A DNA stretch of 40,243 nt from Microgenomates group bacterium (GCA_049720225.1 JBNASD010000005.1:1-40243); one strand, 5' to 3'. Shown: positions 15,679 through 25,729, counted from the stretch's first letter. The notes: generated from the letters alone by a model not told the origin. A program made the numbers and translations.

Positions 15679-17298
15679 TTATAACACTTCTTTTATTTTT
15701 TCTAAAACTTTTTTCACTATTGGTCCGGCTACCCGTGACCCTTCTCCGCCAGCCTCAACAACGACCGTAACTACCACTTTTGGTTCTTCCGCTGGCCAAA
15801 AAGCAGTCAACCAAGCATGAGTTCTTCCTGCCGGATCATTAAATTCTGCAGTTCCTGTTTTACAAGCTACTGGAGGAGAAAAATCAAACAAAGGAAAGGC
15901 AGTTCCCCCAGACAAACAAGCTTCTTTCATTCCTTCCTTCACTATTTCTAAAGTTTCCGATTTTAACTTCAAATCTTGACACTCTTCTTTCATTGACATT
16001 TTCTGCCACCTGTCTAATTTTGTCAATTTTGGAGAACAAAGCTTTCCGTTATTGGCAATTACACTAGTCATTAAATTAACCTGTAAGGGAGTTACCATTA
16101 AGTCTCCCTGGCCAATAGCAAAATGATAAGTATTTCCTAAAAACCAATTTTTAGTGGGATCAGGAACCTTTCCTTTCGCCTCCCCCGGAAGATCAATACC
16201 GGTAAGCTTTCCTAAACCAAAACTTTCTGCCCATTCCTTTAATCGACTTGCCCCCACCCATTCTCCTAATTTATAAAAAAAGGTATCTGTTGATCGTTTT
16301 AATGCTTTTACCACATTTACCATCCCCTCTGTTTTTCCGTATTGAGTAAAATACCAATTTCTATAAACATAATCGCCCACTCTAATTTCTCCAGTATCTT
16401 CATATAAAGTATCTTTAGTAATCTTTCCTTCTTCTAAACCGGCTACCGCGCTTACAATTTTGAAGGTAGAGCCTGGAGGATAAACTCCGGCAATCGCCCG
16501 ATTAAACAATGGCTTTTGGGGATTAGTCAAAATTTTTCTTATCTTTTCCTGAATTTCTCCTGATTGATAAATTAACTGATTAAAAAGATTAGGATCAAAA
16601 GAAGGTGAAGAAACCAAAGCCAAAATTTCTCCTGTTTCTACTTTACTGACCACTACCGCTCCTGGTTTTCCTTCTAAAGCAGAAAAGGCGGTTTGAGAAA
16701 TTTCTTTATCAATTGTTAAATATAAATCATTCCCTGCTTTAGGTAATTTTACTCCCAAAAGACGAATTTTTTCTCCTTCGGCATTAGTCTCAAAAATTTT
16801 TACTCCCTCTTCTCCTCTTAGCCAGGAATCATATTGTTCTTCTATCCCTCCTCGTCCGACCAAATCTCCTAATTTATACTTTCCTTGGTTAATTTCTTCA
16901 AAGTTAGCTTCTCCAAGATATCCTAAAAGATGAGCCAATGTTTCGCCACCCAAATATTCTCTCCCAATATCTACCCGCAAATCTTTTTCTCCTTGAGACT
17001 CAAGCCTTAAAGCTTCATCACGTTTTAAAAATAAAAAACACCCTTTTATCCCTTCTTTCTCTGCTTGACAATTTTCAATTTTTTTTCGATAAATTGGAAT
17101 ATTTCTTACTAAAGGTTGCCCTTTTCTATCATAAATAATTCCTCGGGGAGCGGGAATAATTTCTTTTTTTATTCGGTTACCTTCTGCTAACTGTTGATAA
17201 TAATAACCCCTCACTAACTGTAATTCTCCACTTCGAGCTAATAACCCTCCTACGCCAAAAATTAATGAAAGATAAAAAAGATAAATTCTTTTTTTCAT
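15679..17298 (-). CDS. mrdA: penicillin-binding protein 2 (elongasome transpeptidase)
   Basis: N-terminal anchor, SxxK motif (GSTFKIVSA), and KTGTA. Positioned downstream of mreBCD. Confidence 0.92.
   Translation of the reverse strand: MKKRIYLFYLSLIFGVGGLLARSGELQLVRGYYYQQLAEGNRIKKEIIPAPRGIIYDRKGQPLVRNIPIYRKKIENCQAEKEGIKGCFLFLKRDEALRLESQGEKDLRVDIGREYLGGETLAHLLGYLGEANFEEINQGKYKLGDLVGRGGIEEQYDSWLRGEEGVKIFETNAEGEKIRLLGVKLPKAGNDLYLTIDKEISQTAFSALEGKPGAVVVSKVETGEILALVSSPSFDPNLFNQLIYQSGEIQEKIRKILTNPQKPLFNRAIAGVYPPGSTFKIVSAVAGLEEGKITKDTLYEDTGEIRVGDYVYRNWYFTQYGKTEGMVNVVKALKRSTDTFFYKLGEWVGASRLKEWAESFGLGKLTGIDLPGEAKGKVPDPTKNWFLGNTYHFAIGQGDLMVTPLQVNLMTSVIANNGKLCSPKLTKLDRWQKMSMKEECQDLKLKSETLEIVKEGMKEACLSGGTAFPLFDFSPPVACKTGTAEFNDPAGRTHAWLTAFWPAEEPKVVVTVVVEAGGEGSRVAGPIVKKVLEKIKEVL
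15993..16030 (-). repeat. 38-nt element, copy A (inverted orientation), in frame inside mrdA
   Basis: The reverse complement aaaattgacaaaattagacaggtggcagaaaatgtcaa differs at 2 positions from copy B. It encodes KLTKLDRWQKMS. Confidence 0.85.
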
Positions 17299-17301
17299 TG
17301 T

Positions 17302-17727
17302 TTAAGAATAAAATTTTTTTCGCGGGGAAAATTTTAAATAACTTAAAATTTTAATTAGAAAAATAGTTAAAATCGCTAAAATTAAACTATGAAAAAAATT
17401 GAAAGAATCTAAAAAAATCTTTTCCCAAATAATGTTGGCAAAAAGTAAAAAAATTACTAACCAAAAATTTTTCCTTTTTCCTAAATATTGAGAATACCAA
17501 AAGTAAAGAAAAATTAAAATTAAAAATCCTAAACTAGAGGTCCCCAATATTCCTCCTCTTCCTAAATCTAAAATAATCCCCCCAAAAAAACCTAATCCAA
17601 AAATTAAACTTAAATTTTGCCAATCAAATAAAAACAAAAACCAAACTATTAAAATATTCGGCAAATTGAATGTTGCCTGAAATAAAGCTAAAATAAAAGT
17701 GATTAAAAAAAGAAAAAAAATTCTCAT
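17302..17727 (-). CDS. mreD: rod shape-determining protein MreD (by position and hydrophobicity)
   Basis: 141-aa polytopic membrane protein between mreC and mrdA, overlapping mreC by 4 nt. Confidence 0.7.
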   Translation of the reverse strand: MRIFFLFLITFILALFQATFNLPNILIVWFLFLFDWQNLSLIFGLGFFGGIILDLGRGGILGTSSLGFLILIFLYFWYSQYLGKRKNFWLVIFLLFANIIWEKIFLDSFNFFHSLILAILTIFLIKILSYLKFSPRKKFYS

Positions 17728-18509
17728 TGCTTAATCACCACAAAAACCGTCCTTAATTTTGAATAATCAACTAAAAGATTAACCTTTGCTTGACGATAAA
17801 TTTCTGCGGAAAAGGGTAAAACTTGGCTAATTTTCCCAATTAAAATATCTGTTGGCCAACCATCTCCATTACTTACTACCAAATCTCCTTCTTTAATATC
17901 TTCACTTTGTAAAACCCGATCTAAAATTATTTCCCCTCCCTGGGAAAACAATACCCCTTTTGCTTGAATTCCACGCTGGTTGGGTCGACGAACAATCACC
18001 GGAATTTTTACTCCTAAACTTTTAGGAGTTACCAAAAAACTAAAATCCTCCCCTTCTTCTTCAATTTTTCCCACTAAAATATTTTCCCAAATCACTGGCA
18101 TTTCTTTTTTTACCCCATCCTTTTCTCCTTTATCAATTTTTAACTTGCCTCCCTCGCCAACTAATTTCGCTGGCAAAAATTTCCAAGACGGTGGCAAAGG
18201 TGCTCCCAATAACTTTTTCATTGATTCATTTTCTTCTTGACAAATCGCCAATTGATTTTCCTCGGAAGAAAGTCTTCTTAATTCTTCTTCTAATTTTTGA
18301 ATTTTTTGATTTAATTGTCTTTTAGAAGAAAAAAAAGAGGAAAAATCATTCCACCAAAAATTAATGGGAAAAATTAATTTTTCTCCCATCATAATTGGTT
18401 TTTGTAAAAATTTTTTTGGCTGACTAATTAAATTTGTTTTTTCCAAAATTATAAGAAGAAGAGAAAAAAACAAAAAAATTCCTAAAAATTTTTTTTCTTT
18501 TGGACTCAT
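17724..18509 (-). CDS. mreC: rod shape-determining protein MreC
   Basis: N-terminal TM, a coiled-coil (QKIQKLEEELRRLSSEENQL), and a beta-rich C-terminal domain. Lies immediately downstream of mreB. Confidence 0.85.
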   Translation of the reverse strand: MSPKEKKFLGIFLFFSLLLIILEKTNLISQPKKFLQKPIMMGEKLIFPINFWWNDFSSFFSSKRQLNQKIQKLEEELRRLSSEENQLAICQEENESMKKLLGAPLPPSWKFLPAKLVGEGGKLKIDKGEKDGVKKEMPVIWENILVGKIEEEGEDFSFLVTPKSLGVKIPVIVRRPNQRGIQAKGVLFSQGGEIILDRVLQSEDIKEGDLVVSNGDGWPTDILIGKISQVLPFSAEIYRQAKVNLLVDYSKLRTVFVVIKQ

Positions 18510-18513
18510 AAAT

Positions 18514-19536
18514 TCATTTTATCACACGCCACGCAGAAGGATTTTCTAAAATTTTTCCACACCCACGGACTACTGAAGTTAAAGGATCTTCGGCTACCCA
18601 AACCGGCATTTTTGTTTCTTCCGCAATTAATTTGTCTAGTCCTTTTATTTGTGAGCCACCGCCAGTTAACACTATTCCCCGGGAAACAACATCATTCATT
18701 AATTCGGGGGGCGCTTCTTCAATTATCTCTTGTAATTCTAATAAAATTTCTCTAATAATAGGAGAGATTGCTTCCATTACTTCACTGGAACTAATCTTAA
18801 CCGTCTTTGGCAATCCTGTTCCCAAATCTCTTCCTCTAACTACCATTTGTCGGGGTTTTTCTTCAGGAATAACTGTTCCCAATTGAATTTTTATTTCCTC
18901 AGCGGTAGTTTTTCCTAAAAGAAGGGAATATTTAAGGCGAACAAAATTAGCAATTGCTTCATCCATTTCCTCACCGGCTAATTTTAAACAACGATTAAGA
19001 ACAATTCCCCCTAAAGAAAGCAAAGCAATTTCTGTCGTTCCCCCACCAATATCCACCAAAAGCGACCCTTCAATTTCTTTTACTGGTAATCCAATTCCTA
19101 AAGCATCGGCAATTGGTTCTTCTACTAAAATTACCTCTCCCCCACCAACCGTTTTAACCGCATCAACTACCGCCTTTTTTTCTACCTCGGTAATTCCGGT
19201 GGGAACCCCTACCACTACTAATGGTTTAAAAATAAAACTTAAAAAATTTTTCTCAATCATACTTTCTTTCATAAAATAATCAAGCATCCCCACCAAAGCA
19301 TCATAATCGGCCACTACCCCATCTTTAAGGGGAAAAACGACTTCAAGTAACGCGGGAGTTTTCCCAATCATTTTCTTAGCCCGCTCACCTACCGCTATCA
19401 CTTCTTTGGTTTTCTTATGCCGAACCACTACCGATGGCTGACGCAAAACAATTCCCTTTCCCTTCACAAGAATTAAAGTATTGGCCGTCCCTAAATCAAT
19501 CGCTAAACCTGGAGGAGAAAGAAAAAAATTAACCAT
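18514..19536 (-). CDS. mreB: rod shape-determining actin homolog MreB
   Basis: Actin-fold motifs LAIDLGTANTLI, DIGGGTTEIA and GIVLTGGGS. Confidence 0.96.
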   Translation of the reverse strand: MVNFFLSPPGLAIDLGTANTLILVKGKGIVLRQPSVVVRHKKTKEVIAVGERAKKMIGKTPALLEVVFPLKDGVVADYDALVGMLDYFMKESMIEKNFLSFIFKPLVVVGVPTGITEVEKKAVVDAVKTVGGGEVILVEEPIADALGIGLPVKEIEGSLLVDIGGGTTEIALLSLGGIVLNRCLKLAGEEMDEAIANFVRLKYSLLLGKTTAEEIKIQLGTVIPEEKPRQMVVRGRDLGTGLPKTVKISSSEVMEAISPIIREILLELQEIIEEAPPELMNDVVSRGIVLTGGGSQIKGLDKLIAEETKMPVWVAEDPLTSVVRGCGKILENPSAWRVIK

Positions 19537-19599
19537 TTCTTTTTAATTTTATCACTAAATATTAAGGAAGAAAAAGAATTAAAGAGATAAAAGTCTTTA

Positions 19600-19608
19600 T
19601 GTTATACT
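19600..19608 (+). promoter_or_regulatory. extended -10 element TGtTATACT
   Basis: Read directly. The ATG at 19618 lies 9 nt downstream, with no SD. Confidence 0.35.
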
Positions 19609-19617
19609 TTAAAAGTA

Positions 19618-21669
19618 ATGATTAATTGGGAAAAATTATTCCAAAAAATTATTGTTTATTCATTTTTTGGTTTATTTTTTCTTACCCCTTTAATTCTCAC
19701 TCCTTTTAATTACGAACTTTTTGAGTTTAATAAAATGCTTACTGTTTATTTTTTTACCGCTTTAATCATTTTTGGTTGGCTAGGAAAAATGATTATTTAC
19801 CGACAATTTATTTTTCGCCGAAGTTTTTGGGACATTCCCCTTTTGCTTTTTTTAATCTCTCAGTTTTTAAGTTTTCTTTTTTCCATTGACCGCCACGCTT
19901 CTTTTTGGGGTTATTATTCCCGTTTTAATGGTGGTTTACTTTCTTTGATTAGTTATAGCTTATTATATTGGGCTTTTATTTCTAATTTAGAAAAACAAGA
20001 AGTAAAAAAAGCAATCCGTATTATTCTAATTAGCGCAACCATTGTTTCTTTTTACGGAATTTTACAGCATTTTGGCATTGATGCTCATTTATGGGTTCAA
20101 GATGTCAAAAGTCGGGTTTTTTCTACTTTAGGTCAACCAAATTGGCTAGCTGCCTGGTTAGTTGCCCTTATTCCCCTCACCTGGGCCTTTATTTTAAATT
20201 TTAAATTTAAAATTTTAAATTTAAAATTTTTATATTTGCTATTTGCGATTTTATATTTGTGTCTCTTGTTTACGCGTTCTCGCTCAGGAATTTTAGGTTT
20301 CGCTCTTACCTACATTATTTTCTGGTCATTCGCTTTTTTATTTTTTGGGAAGAAGGTTTTAAAAAAATTTTTAATATTTACGGTTTACTGTTTAATATTT
20401 GCTATTATTTTCGGTCGTGATTGGATTCCTGGTTTAGATAAAATTAAACTTTTTCCTCCCCAACGCGTAACCTATAACCCATCAACCGAAAAACAGACTC
20501 AACCGTTACTAATTAGCGAGTCCGGCGATATCCGAAAGGTAGTTTGGAAAGGAGCAATAGAAATTTGGCATCATTACCCTCTTTTTGGCACTGGCCCGGA
20601 AACCTTTGCCTATTCTTATTATTGGTTTCGCCCACGAGAACATAACGATTTATCCGAATGGGATTTTTTATATAACAAAGCCCATAATGAATATCTAAAT
20701 TACGCTGCTTGTACGGGAACACTTGGTTTACTTACCTATCTTTTTCTTATCGCCGTTTTTATTTTTTGGAGTTTAAAGAAAATTTTCCAAAAAGAAAAAA
20801 ATAAAAACTTAGAAACTAAAAGTTTTCAGCTTGCCTTTCTTGCTGGCTTTCTTTCTTTATTAGTCACTAATTTTTTTGGTTTTTCGGTAGTTACTACTAA
20901 TCTTTTGTTCTTTCTTCTTCCTGCCTTTTCTTTTATTTTCTCCTCTCCAACAATATCCTCAGAAACAAAATTGACAAAATTGGACAGGTGGCAAAAAATG
21001 TCAATTGGGGTAATTTCTTTATTTTTAATTTTTAGTTGGTTAAAAATTATTAATTATTGGCGAGCAGATTATTATTTTGCCCAAGCTTCTCGATTTAATA
21101 AAACCGGCCAATATAATTTAGCCTTCAGCTTTGCTCAAAAAGCGATTAATCTTCGTCCTTTTGAACCAGTCTATCATGATGAATTAGCTTGGAGTGCTAG
21201 TAATCTCGCAGTGTTGGCTTACAAAGAAGAAAAAAAAGAACTGGAAGAAAAATTTTCCCAATTAGCAATAGAAGAATCGGATAAAGCTTTAAAAATTAGC
21301 CCTTATCATTTAAATTTTTGGAAAACCAAAGCGAAAATTGGCTATAAGCTAGCAGAAATTGACCCTCAATATTACCAGCTTACCCTTCAGGCTCTTTTAA
21401 AAGGTACCTCGTTAGCTCCGACCGATCCAAAAATAAAATATAATCTTGGTTTAGTTTATTTTATAATTGGCCAGAATGAAGAAGCTAAAAAAACTTTTCA
21501 AGAAACAATAGAATTAAAACCAAACTACGAAGATCCCCGCTATGCTTTGGCTTTAATTTACGAAAAAGAAGGTGAATACCAAAAAGCTAAAGAACAATTA
21601 GAATATATTCTTCAAAATATCAATCCTTTATCTTCGCAGGCAAAGGAAAAGTTGGAAAAATTAAAGTAA
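19618..21669 (+). CDS. O-antigen ligase/Wzy-like polytopic membrane protein fused to C-terminal TPR repeats
   Basis: Many TM segments. Wzy_C-like motifs LFTRSRSGILGF and NKAHNEYLNY. The C-terminal TPR-like repeats include YNLGLVYFIIGQNEEAKKTFQETIELKPNY. Confidence 0.8.
   Translation: MINWEKLFQKIIVYSFFGLFFLTPLILTPFNYELFEFNKMLTVYFFTALIIFGWLGKMIIYRQFIFRRSFWDIPLLLFLISQFLSFLFSIDRHASFWGYYSRFNGGLLSLISYSLLYWAFISNLEKQEVKKAIRIILISATIVSFYGILQHFGIDAHLWVQDVKSRVFSTLGQPNWLAAWLVALIPLTWAFILNFKFKILNLKFLYLLFAILYLCLLFTRSRSGILGFALTYIIFWSFAFLFFGKKVLKKFLIFTVYCLIFAIIFGRDWIPGLDKIKLFPPQRVTYNPSTEKQTQPLLISESGDIRKVVWKGAIEIWHHYPLFGTGPETFAYSYYWFRPREHNDLSEWDFLYNKAHNEYLNYAACTGTLGLLTYLFLIAVFIFWSLKKIFQKEKNKNLETKSFQLAFLAGFLSLLVTNFFGFSVVTTNLLFFLLPAFSFIFSSPTISSETKLTKLDRWQKMSIGVISLFLIFSWLKIINYWRADYYFAQASRFNKTGQYNLAFSFAQKAINLRPFEPVYHDELAWSASNLAVLAYKEEKKELEEKFSQLAIEESDKALKISPYHLNFWKTKAKIGYKLAEIDPQYYQLTLQALLKGTSLAPTDPKIKYNLGLVYFIIGQNEEAKKTFQETIELKPNYEDPRYALALIYEKEGEYQKAKEQLEYILQNINPLSSQAKEKLEKLK
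20203..20230 (+). repeat. perfect tandem duplication of a 14-nt unit (aaatttaaaatttt x2) inside the Wzy-like CDS
   Basis: Read directly. It encodes part of ILNFKFKILNLKF. Confidence 0.7.
20967..21004 (+). repeat. 38-nt element, copy B, in frame inside the Wzy-like gene
   Basis: Sequence aaaattgacaaaattggacaggtggcaaaaaatgtcaa. It encodes KLTKLDRWQKMS between the membrane domain and the final TM/TPR part. Confidence 0.85.
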
Positions 21670-21672
21670 TTT

Positions 21673-24360
21673 TTAAGGAATCAATTCTTCCCATAAAAAT
21701 GATTTTTTCCAAACCGAAGGGTGAAGATTAATAAGAAGCTGAGGTTGGTAAATAAATTTCTCAGCAGGAGTCGTTTTGTTTTGGTCTATTCCCAAATCGC
21801 GATTAAAAACAAAATTTCTTGCGTATATCATTCCGTTCACTACTAACTGAAGATTGCTAGGTACAGAAACAAACTCTCCTGATTGAAAATCATTTTCTAC
21901 ACTTGAATAAAAATATCCATCAGTTAAATATAACCCCCCAAATCTTTCTATGTTTTTCGAAACACCGATTCCTCCGCTAGTTACTACTAGCAAACTCCCT
22001 CTTTCATCTGGTGCACCTGCTATAGAATGATTAATTAAAAATTTCCCATTAATTAATATAACTATCTTCCGCGCACCAACATTCCATGAATTAGCGGTTT
22101 TCATATTTCCCCGATAAGCTAAAATTAAATCTTCATTTCCTTCGGGAAGAGAAATCTTTCCGTCTTCGGGAACTAAATAAGAGGGAGACTCTAGAGTCCT
22201 ATAGAAATATTCATAATCAAATGGACTTTTTGGAAAATAAGTATTTGCCAACCAACCTAAATCAGAAACCTCTCCCGAACCAAAATAAGCTTCCTTTCCA
22301 TAACTAACTACACCCGGAAATCCTAAATTACCAAATGGATCTTTGGCTCCTCGCAAAGAAAAATTGACTCCCTCAGGAAGACGAGAAAAAATTTCTTGCT
22401 GAGCATGAATATCACCCTCTTTAGTTTGAAACCATGCTTTCCCTTGACACACTTCGTCATCTATACAACTAACTCTAAAATCACATTCCCCATCTTTAGT
22501 TCCATCCCAATAAGTATAATAACAATATTGATATTGGCATCGCTGATAAGAAGGACAATCACAACCACCACACCCTCCATCGTTCCAAACATCCCCACAA
22601 ACACATATAGGTGTGGGAGTGGGAGTTAATGTAGGAGTAGAAGTGGGAGTGGGACAAATAGTATTACTGTAGGTCCAATTACTATAACAATTGGGAGGAT
22701 TATTTCTCTGAGAACGAATTCGCCATTGATAACATTGAGTATCGGGGGCATCAGTGTCATCAGGATTTCCTACCCACCCTCTTTGAGAAGGGTCAGAAGA
22801 GGTAAATGGCCCTCTTGTAGTCCAAAATTGCCAACTACCCAAATTTGCTTCGCTTGATCCTGTTCTACGTTCAATTCTAAAAAATGATTCATCTGTAGCA
22901 TTATCCCAAAAAATCAAATCAACATTAGTGTTACTTACTCTGGTAGCAGTATAGCTTAATGGTTGAGCTACATCACATATTGGAGTAGGAGTTGGAGTAA
23001 AAGTAGGAGTGGGTGTATTAGTAGGTGGAGGGGTAGAGGTGGGAGAAATAATATAAAACTGCCAACGTTCTGATTCTGAAGAAGTTACTTTTACTGTTCC
23101 GTTACTATCCACAAACCTCGCTTCTGCCCACCAATATGCTGTTCCTAAGTTATTGTAAGGGCCAGTATTACGGGTAGTGCTAGTTGACCAAGCGCCCAAA
23201 TAAGTCACACCGGCGGGAGAAATAAAAGGGATTCGATATTGAACTTGGCCAGGACCACACTGGTAATTAGTAATAGGATTTACTTCTAAAGTTACGTAAC
23301 TTCCCAAATAAAAAGAAGAGCCATCTGGAGGTGATTTAAGAGTAGGAGGGGAAAGTGAAGGACAAGGTGTAGGAGTAGGTGTAAAGGTAGGTGTAGGAGT
23401 AGAAGTAGGACAAGTAGTGGTAAATGTTTTTACTACCGATTCCTTTTCAGGGGGATTACAAGCAGGATTACTTACTTTTCCTTGATAGTTATAGGTAGTA
23501 CAGGAATTCAAATTAGCGGCGTTAAGATAATAAGTTCCTCCTTCTTTGTTGCCAGTAACATTGACATAACTCCCGGCGGTACTTCCTGCCGGCCAATAAC
23601 GAAGATAGTAACTGCTAGCATTTACTGTTTGATAAATAAGAAGTTTTGCAGAATTTAAAGTAATGTTAGTCACATCAATTGTCGGAGTTTCCAAAGAACA
23701 AGCCGGAGGAGGAGTAGCGGTAGGAGGAGGAATGGGAGTAGGAGTTGAGGTGGGAGCTGGAGGATAATAAGTACACGATAACTCTTCATCGCAAGTAGCT
23801 ACTCCACAACCATCGGCAACACACCCTGTCTTCTGGGCGTTCAAATAGCAAGGTTTAGTAAAGCTCTGAGTACACTGTGTTGTGCAAATACATTTTCCAA
23901 CTCCATTAGGACATCGATTATTACATGGTAAACCGGCACAATTTCCTCCTTGAGGATTATCACAGCTAATATAAGTTACGTTAGTATAACAGCTTCTTTG
24001 TCCGCTACAACTTTGAGCAAAAATGGGTTTAATTAGCCTAAAACCTTGAGATTTCTTTTTTAAATTAAAAGGAAGAAATTCTTTTTCCCAAACTTCCTTT
24101 TCAATTCGAGAAAGTGCTTCTTCTAGTTCATTAGTAGAAGGATTGGTGATTAGATAAAGGGCTTGAAAAATATAGAAGTTGAGACTTTTATCCCGGTAAG
24201 GAAGTTCAAAAATAATTGGATTAAGATAAAGTTTAAGAGTATAAGTTTGGGTTTTTTCATCAAAAGATGAACCATAACTTTTTATTTCCTTCTGTTCTCC
24301 CGCGTAAACCGAAATTAACTTACCAAAAATCTGGGGTTCCTTTACAAGAAGAATAATCAA
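21673..24360 (-). CDS. large modular secreted protein, family member 2 (body; lacks its own ATG, SD and signal peptide)
   Basis: 895-aa ORF starting at TTG. It has a Cys-rich module (AQSCSGQRSCYTN...), several FN3-like modules separated by PT linkers, and a C-terminal domain ending in FLWEELIP. The reading frame continues upstream through one TAA into 24430..24636. Confidence 0.8.
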   Translation of the reverse strand: MIILLVKEPQIFGKLISVYAGEQKEIKSYGSSFDEKTQTYTLKLYLNPIIFELPYRDKSLNFYIFQALYLITNPSTNELEEALSRIEKEVWEKEFLPFNLKKKSQGFRLIKPIFAQSCSGQRSCYTNVTYISCDNPQGGNCAGLPCNNRCPNGVGKCICTTQCTQSFTKPCYLNAQKTGCVADGCGVATCDEELSCTYYPPAPTSTPTPIPPPTATPPPACSLETPTIDVTNITLNSAKLLIYQTVNASSYYLRYWPAGSTAGSYVNVTGNKEGGTYYLNAANLNSCTTYNYQGKVSNPACNPPEKESVVKTFTTTCPTSTPTPTFTPTPTPCPSLSPPTLKSPPDGSSFYLGSYVTLEVNPITNYQCGPGQVQYRIPFISPAGVTYLGAWSTSTTRNTGPYNNLGTAYWWAEARFVDSNGTVKVTSSESERWQFYIISPTSTPPPTNTPTPTFTPTPTPICDVAQPLSYTATRVSNTNVDLIFWDNATDESFFRIERRTGSSEANLGSWQFWTTRGPFTSSDPSQRGWVGNPDDTDAPDTQCYQWRIRSQRNNPPNCYSNWTYSNTICPTPTSTPTLTPTPTPICVCGDVWNDGGCGGCDCPSYQRCQYQYCYYTYWDGTKDGECDFRVSCIDDEVCQGKAWFQTKEGDIHAQQEIFSRLPEGVNFSLRGAKDPFGNLGFPGVVSYGKEAYFGSGEVSDLGWLANTYFPKSPFDYEYFYRTLESPSYLVPEDGKISLPEGNEDLILAYRGNMKTANSWNVGARKIVILINGKFLINHSIAGAPDERGSLLVVTSGGIGVSKNIERFGGLYLTDGYFYSSVENDFQSGEFVSVPSNLQLVVNGMIYARNFVFNRDLGIDQNKTTPAEKFIYQPQLLINLHPSVWKKSFLWEELIP
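23039..23268. repeat. 230-bp block, 227/230 identical to 14537..14766
   Basis: Direct comparison at a constant offset of 8502 nt. Confidence 0.9.
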
Positions 24361-24429
24361 TTTCTTGGGATATACAGGAGTATTCTCCCCAAAAAGCCAA
24401 ATACCTTTTGAGGCAGAAGAATACCAATC

Positions 24430-24636
24430 TTACTCTTCCAAAAATTTATTTAATTGTTGTTGGTCTTTTATTAAAAGCTCGACGTGGGAATAATTAGATG
24501 CGGCTTCAATTTGTAAAGACCTTTTTTCTAAGTTTGTCAAATTATAGAGAATTTTTAATTCAATACTGACTACTATTACTAAAAAAGTCAGAATAAATAA
24601 AAACACTTTTAAGATATTTTTCTTGAACACTTCCAT
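24430..24636 (-). CDS. signal-anchor fragment in frame with 21673..24360 (split gene or pseudogene N-terminus)
   Basis: 68-aa ORF with a TM (ILKVFLFILTFLVIVVSI). Its TAA stop (24432..24430) is in the same frame as the downstream 895-aa ORF. The 72 nt between them contain no further stop. Confidence 0.5.
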   Translation of the reverse strand: MEVFKKNILKVFLFILTFLVIVVSIELKILYNLTNLEKRSLQIEAASNYSHVELLIKDQQQLNKFLEE

Positions 24637-24695
24637 TATTAATTTTATTATTTCTTATTATTAAATAAAAAGTCAAGAAAAAAATGAAATAAAGG

Positions 24696-25568
24696 TTACC
24701 TTAGAACAAAAAGGAAAGGAGGATTTTTTACTTGCTCAATTGTGGAAATAAAATGGGCATAAAACTCACTATCTCTCTTGCTATCTGGTGGGGAAAACGG
24801 AGAACCTTCATGTTGAGCGGCAGAACTTAAAGTTAAGATCCCCAGAATACTAACAAATATACAATAAGCGTGAGCTTCGGGTTGTGTGTCTACTTTTCGC
24901 GGACCCGGAGCTAAAATATACAATTTATCTTCTTTTTCATTGTAAAAAAAACCGCTCGCATCACCCCACCGACTACTTACATTAGCATAAATTACCACAA
25001 TTTTAGTATTACGCGTTATCAACACCTGCTTATTAGGAAAAGCAGCCGAAATTGCTTCCGGCGTATACACCCACATCAAATGACCATCTTCTCTTTGTTG
25101 ATAATCCATTGCCTGTTGGTGCATATATTCTACTACTTCTCTAATTTGTTGATCAGGAGTTTTTCCCCACTTTGCTTCATAATAGGGATTCGCCTTCAAT
25201 CCCACAACAGGAACGCCATATTTAGAATCAATTTTCGAAAGACTAGGATGCACACCAAAAGTAACACCTCCAAGTTCAAGAATTTCACCCTCTTTTTTAC
25301 ATTCATTAAAAAATCTTTCACCAAGAGTGCCAAAATTTTTATTACTATTCTCTTGAGAAATTTTTTCTGGCTGAGGAGGAGTAGGTTTTGGTGTTGAACG
25401 AGAAGGTGGTTCAAATTCTGAATTAGACTCTGGATACTCTGATTTGGGAAACCATCCTATTGTTAATAAGCCTAAAACAGCTGAACCTAAAACTTGCAAT
25501 ACTTCTCTCCTACTAGGTCCTCTATGTTCTTCTCTAGAATTAATAGAATCTCTTTCTTGTGTGGCCAT
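24696..25568 (-). CDS. hypothetical exported protein with Tat-like signal
   Basis: SRREVLQVLGSAVLGLLTIGW follows a polar N-region. No recognisable domain. Confidence 0.6.
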   Translation of the reverse strand: MATQERDSINSREEHRGPSRREVLQVLGSAVLGLLTIGWFPKSEYPESNSEFEPPSRSTPKPTPPQPEKISQENSNKNFGTLGERFFNECKKEGEILELGGVTFGVHPSLSKIDSKYGVPVVGLKANPYYEAKWGKTPDQQIREVVEYMHQQAMDYQQREDGHLMWVYTPEAISAAFPNKQVLITRNTKIVVIYANVSSRWGDASGFFYNEKEDKLYILAPGPRKVDTQPEAHAYCIFVSILGILTLSSAAQHEGSPFSPPDSKRDSEFYAHFISTIEQVKNPPFLFVLR

Positions 25569-25690
25569 ATATCAAAAAAAATTATATCACTAAATAAAAA
25601 TCAAAATCAAATTTAACTAAGTTAAAAATTTTTAAAAAAATTTTTTCTTTGTTGAATAGCAACTTTTCTTATATTTAGAAAAGATTAATA

Positions 25691-25720
25691 TTTACAATTT
25701 AGACACTTTCATTTTATAAT
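25691..25720 (+). promoter_or_regulatory. sigma70-like promoter TTTACA-18nt-TATAAT
   Basis: Read directly. The ATG at 25730 lies 9 nt after the -10, with no SD. Confidence 0.45.
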
Positions 25721-25729
25721 TCCTCAATA

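Noticed and set aside
25080-25414. ORFs 25080..25397 (plus) and 25196..25414 (minus) inside 24696..25568
   Set aside because: One is antisense and the other is an alternative frame of a longer ORF that has a plausible export signal. Their composition (Leu/Phe/Ile/Lys-rich) is typical of AT-rich non-coding frames.
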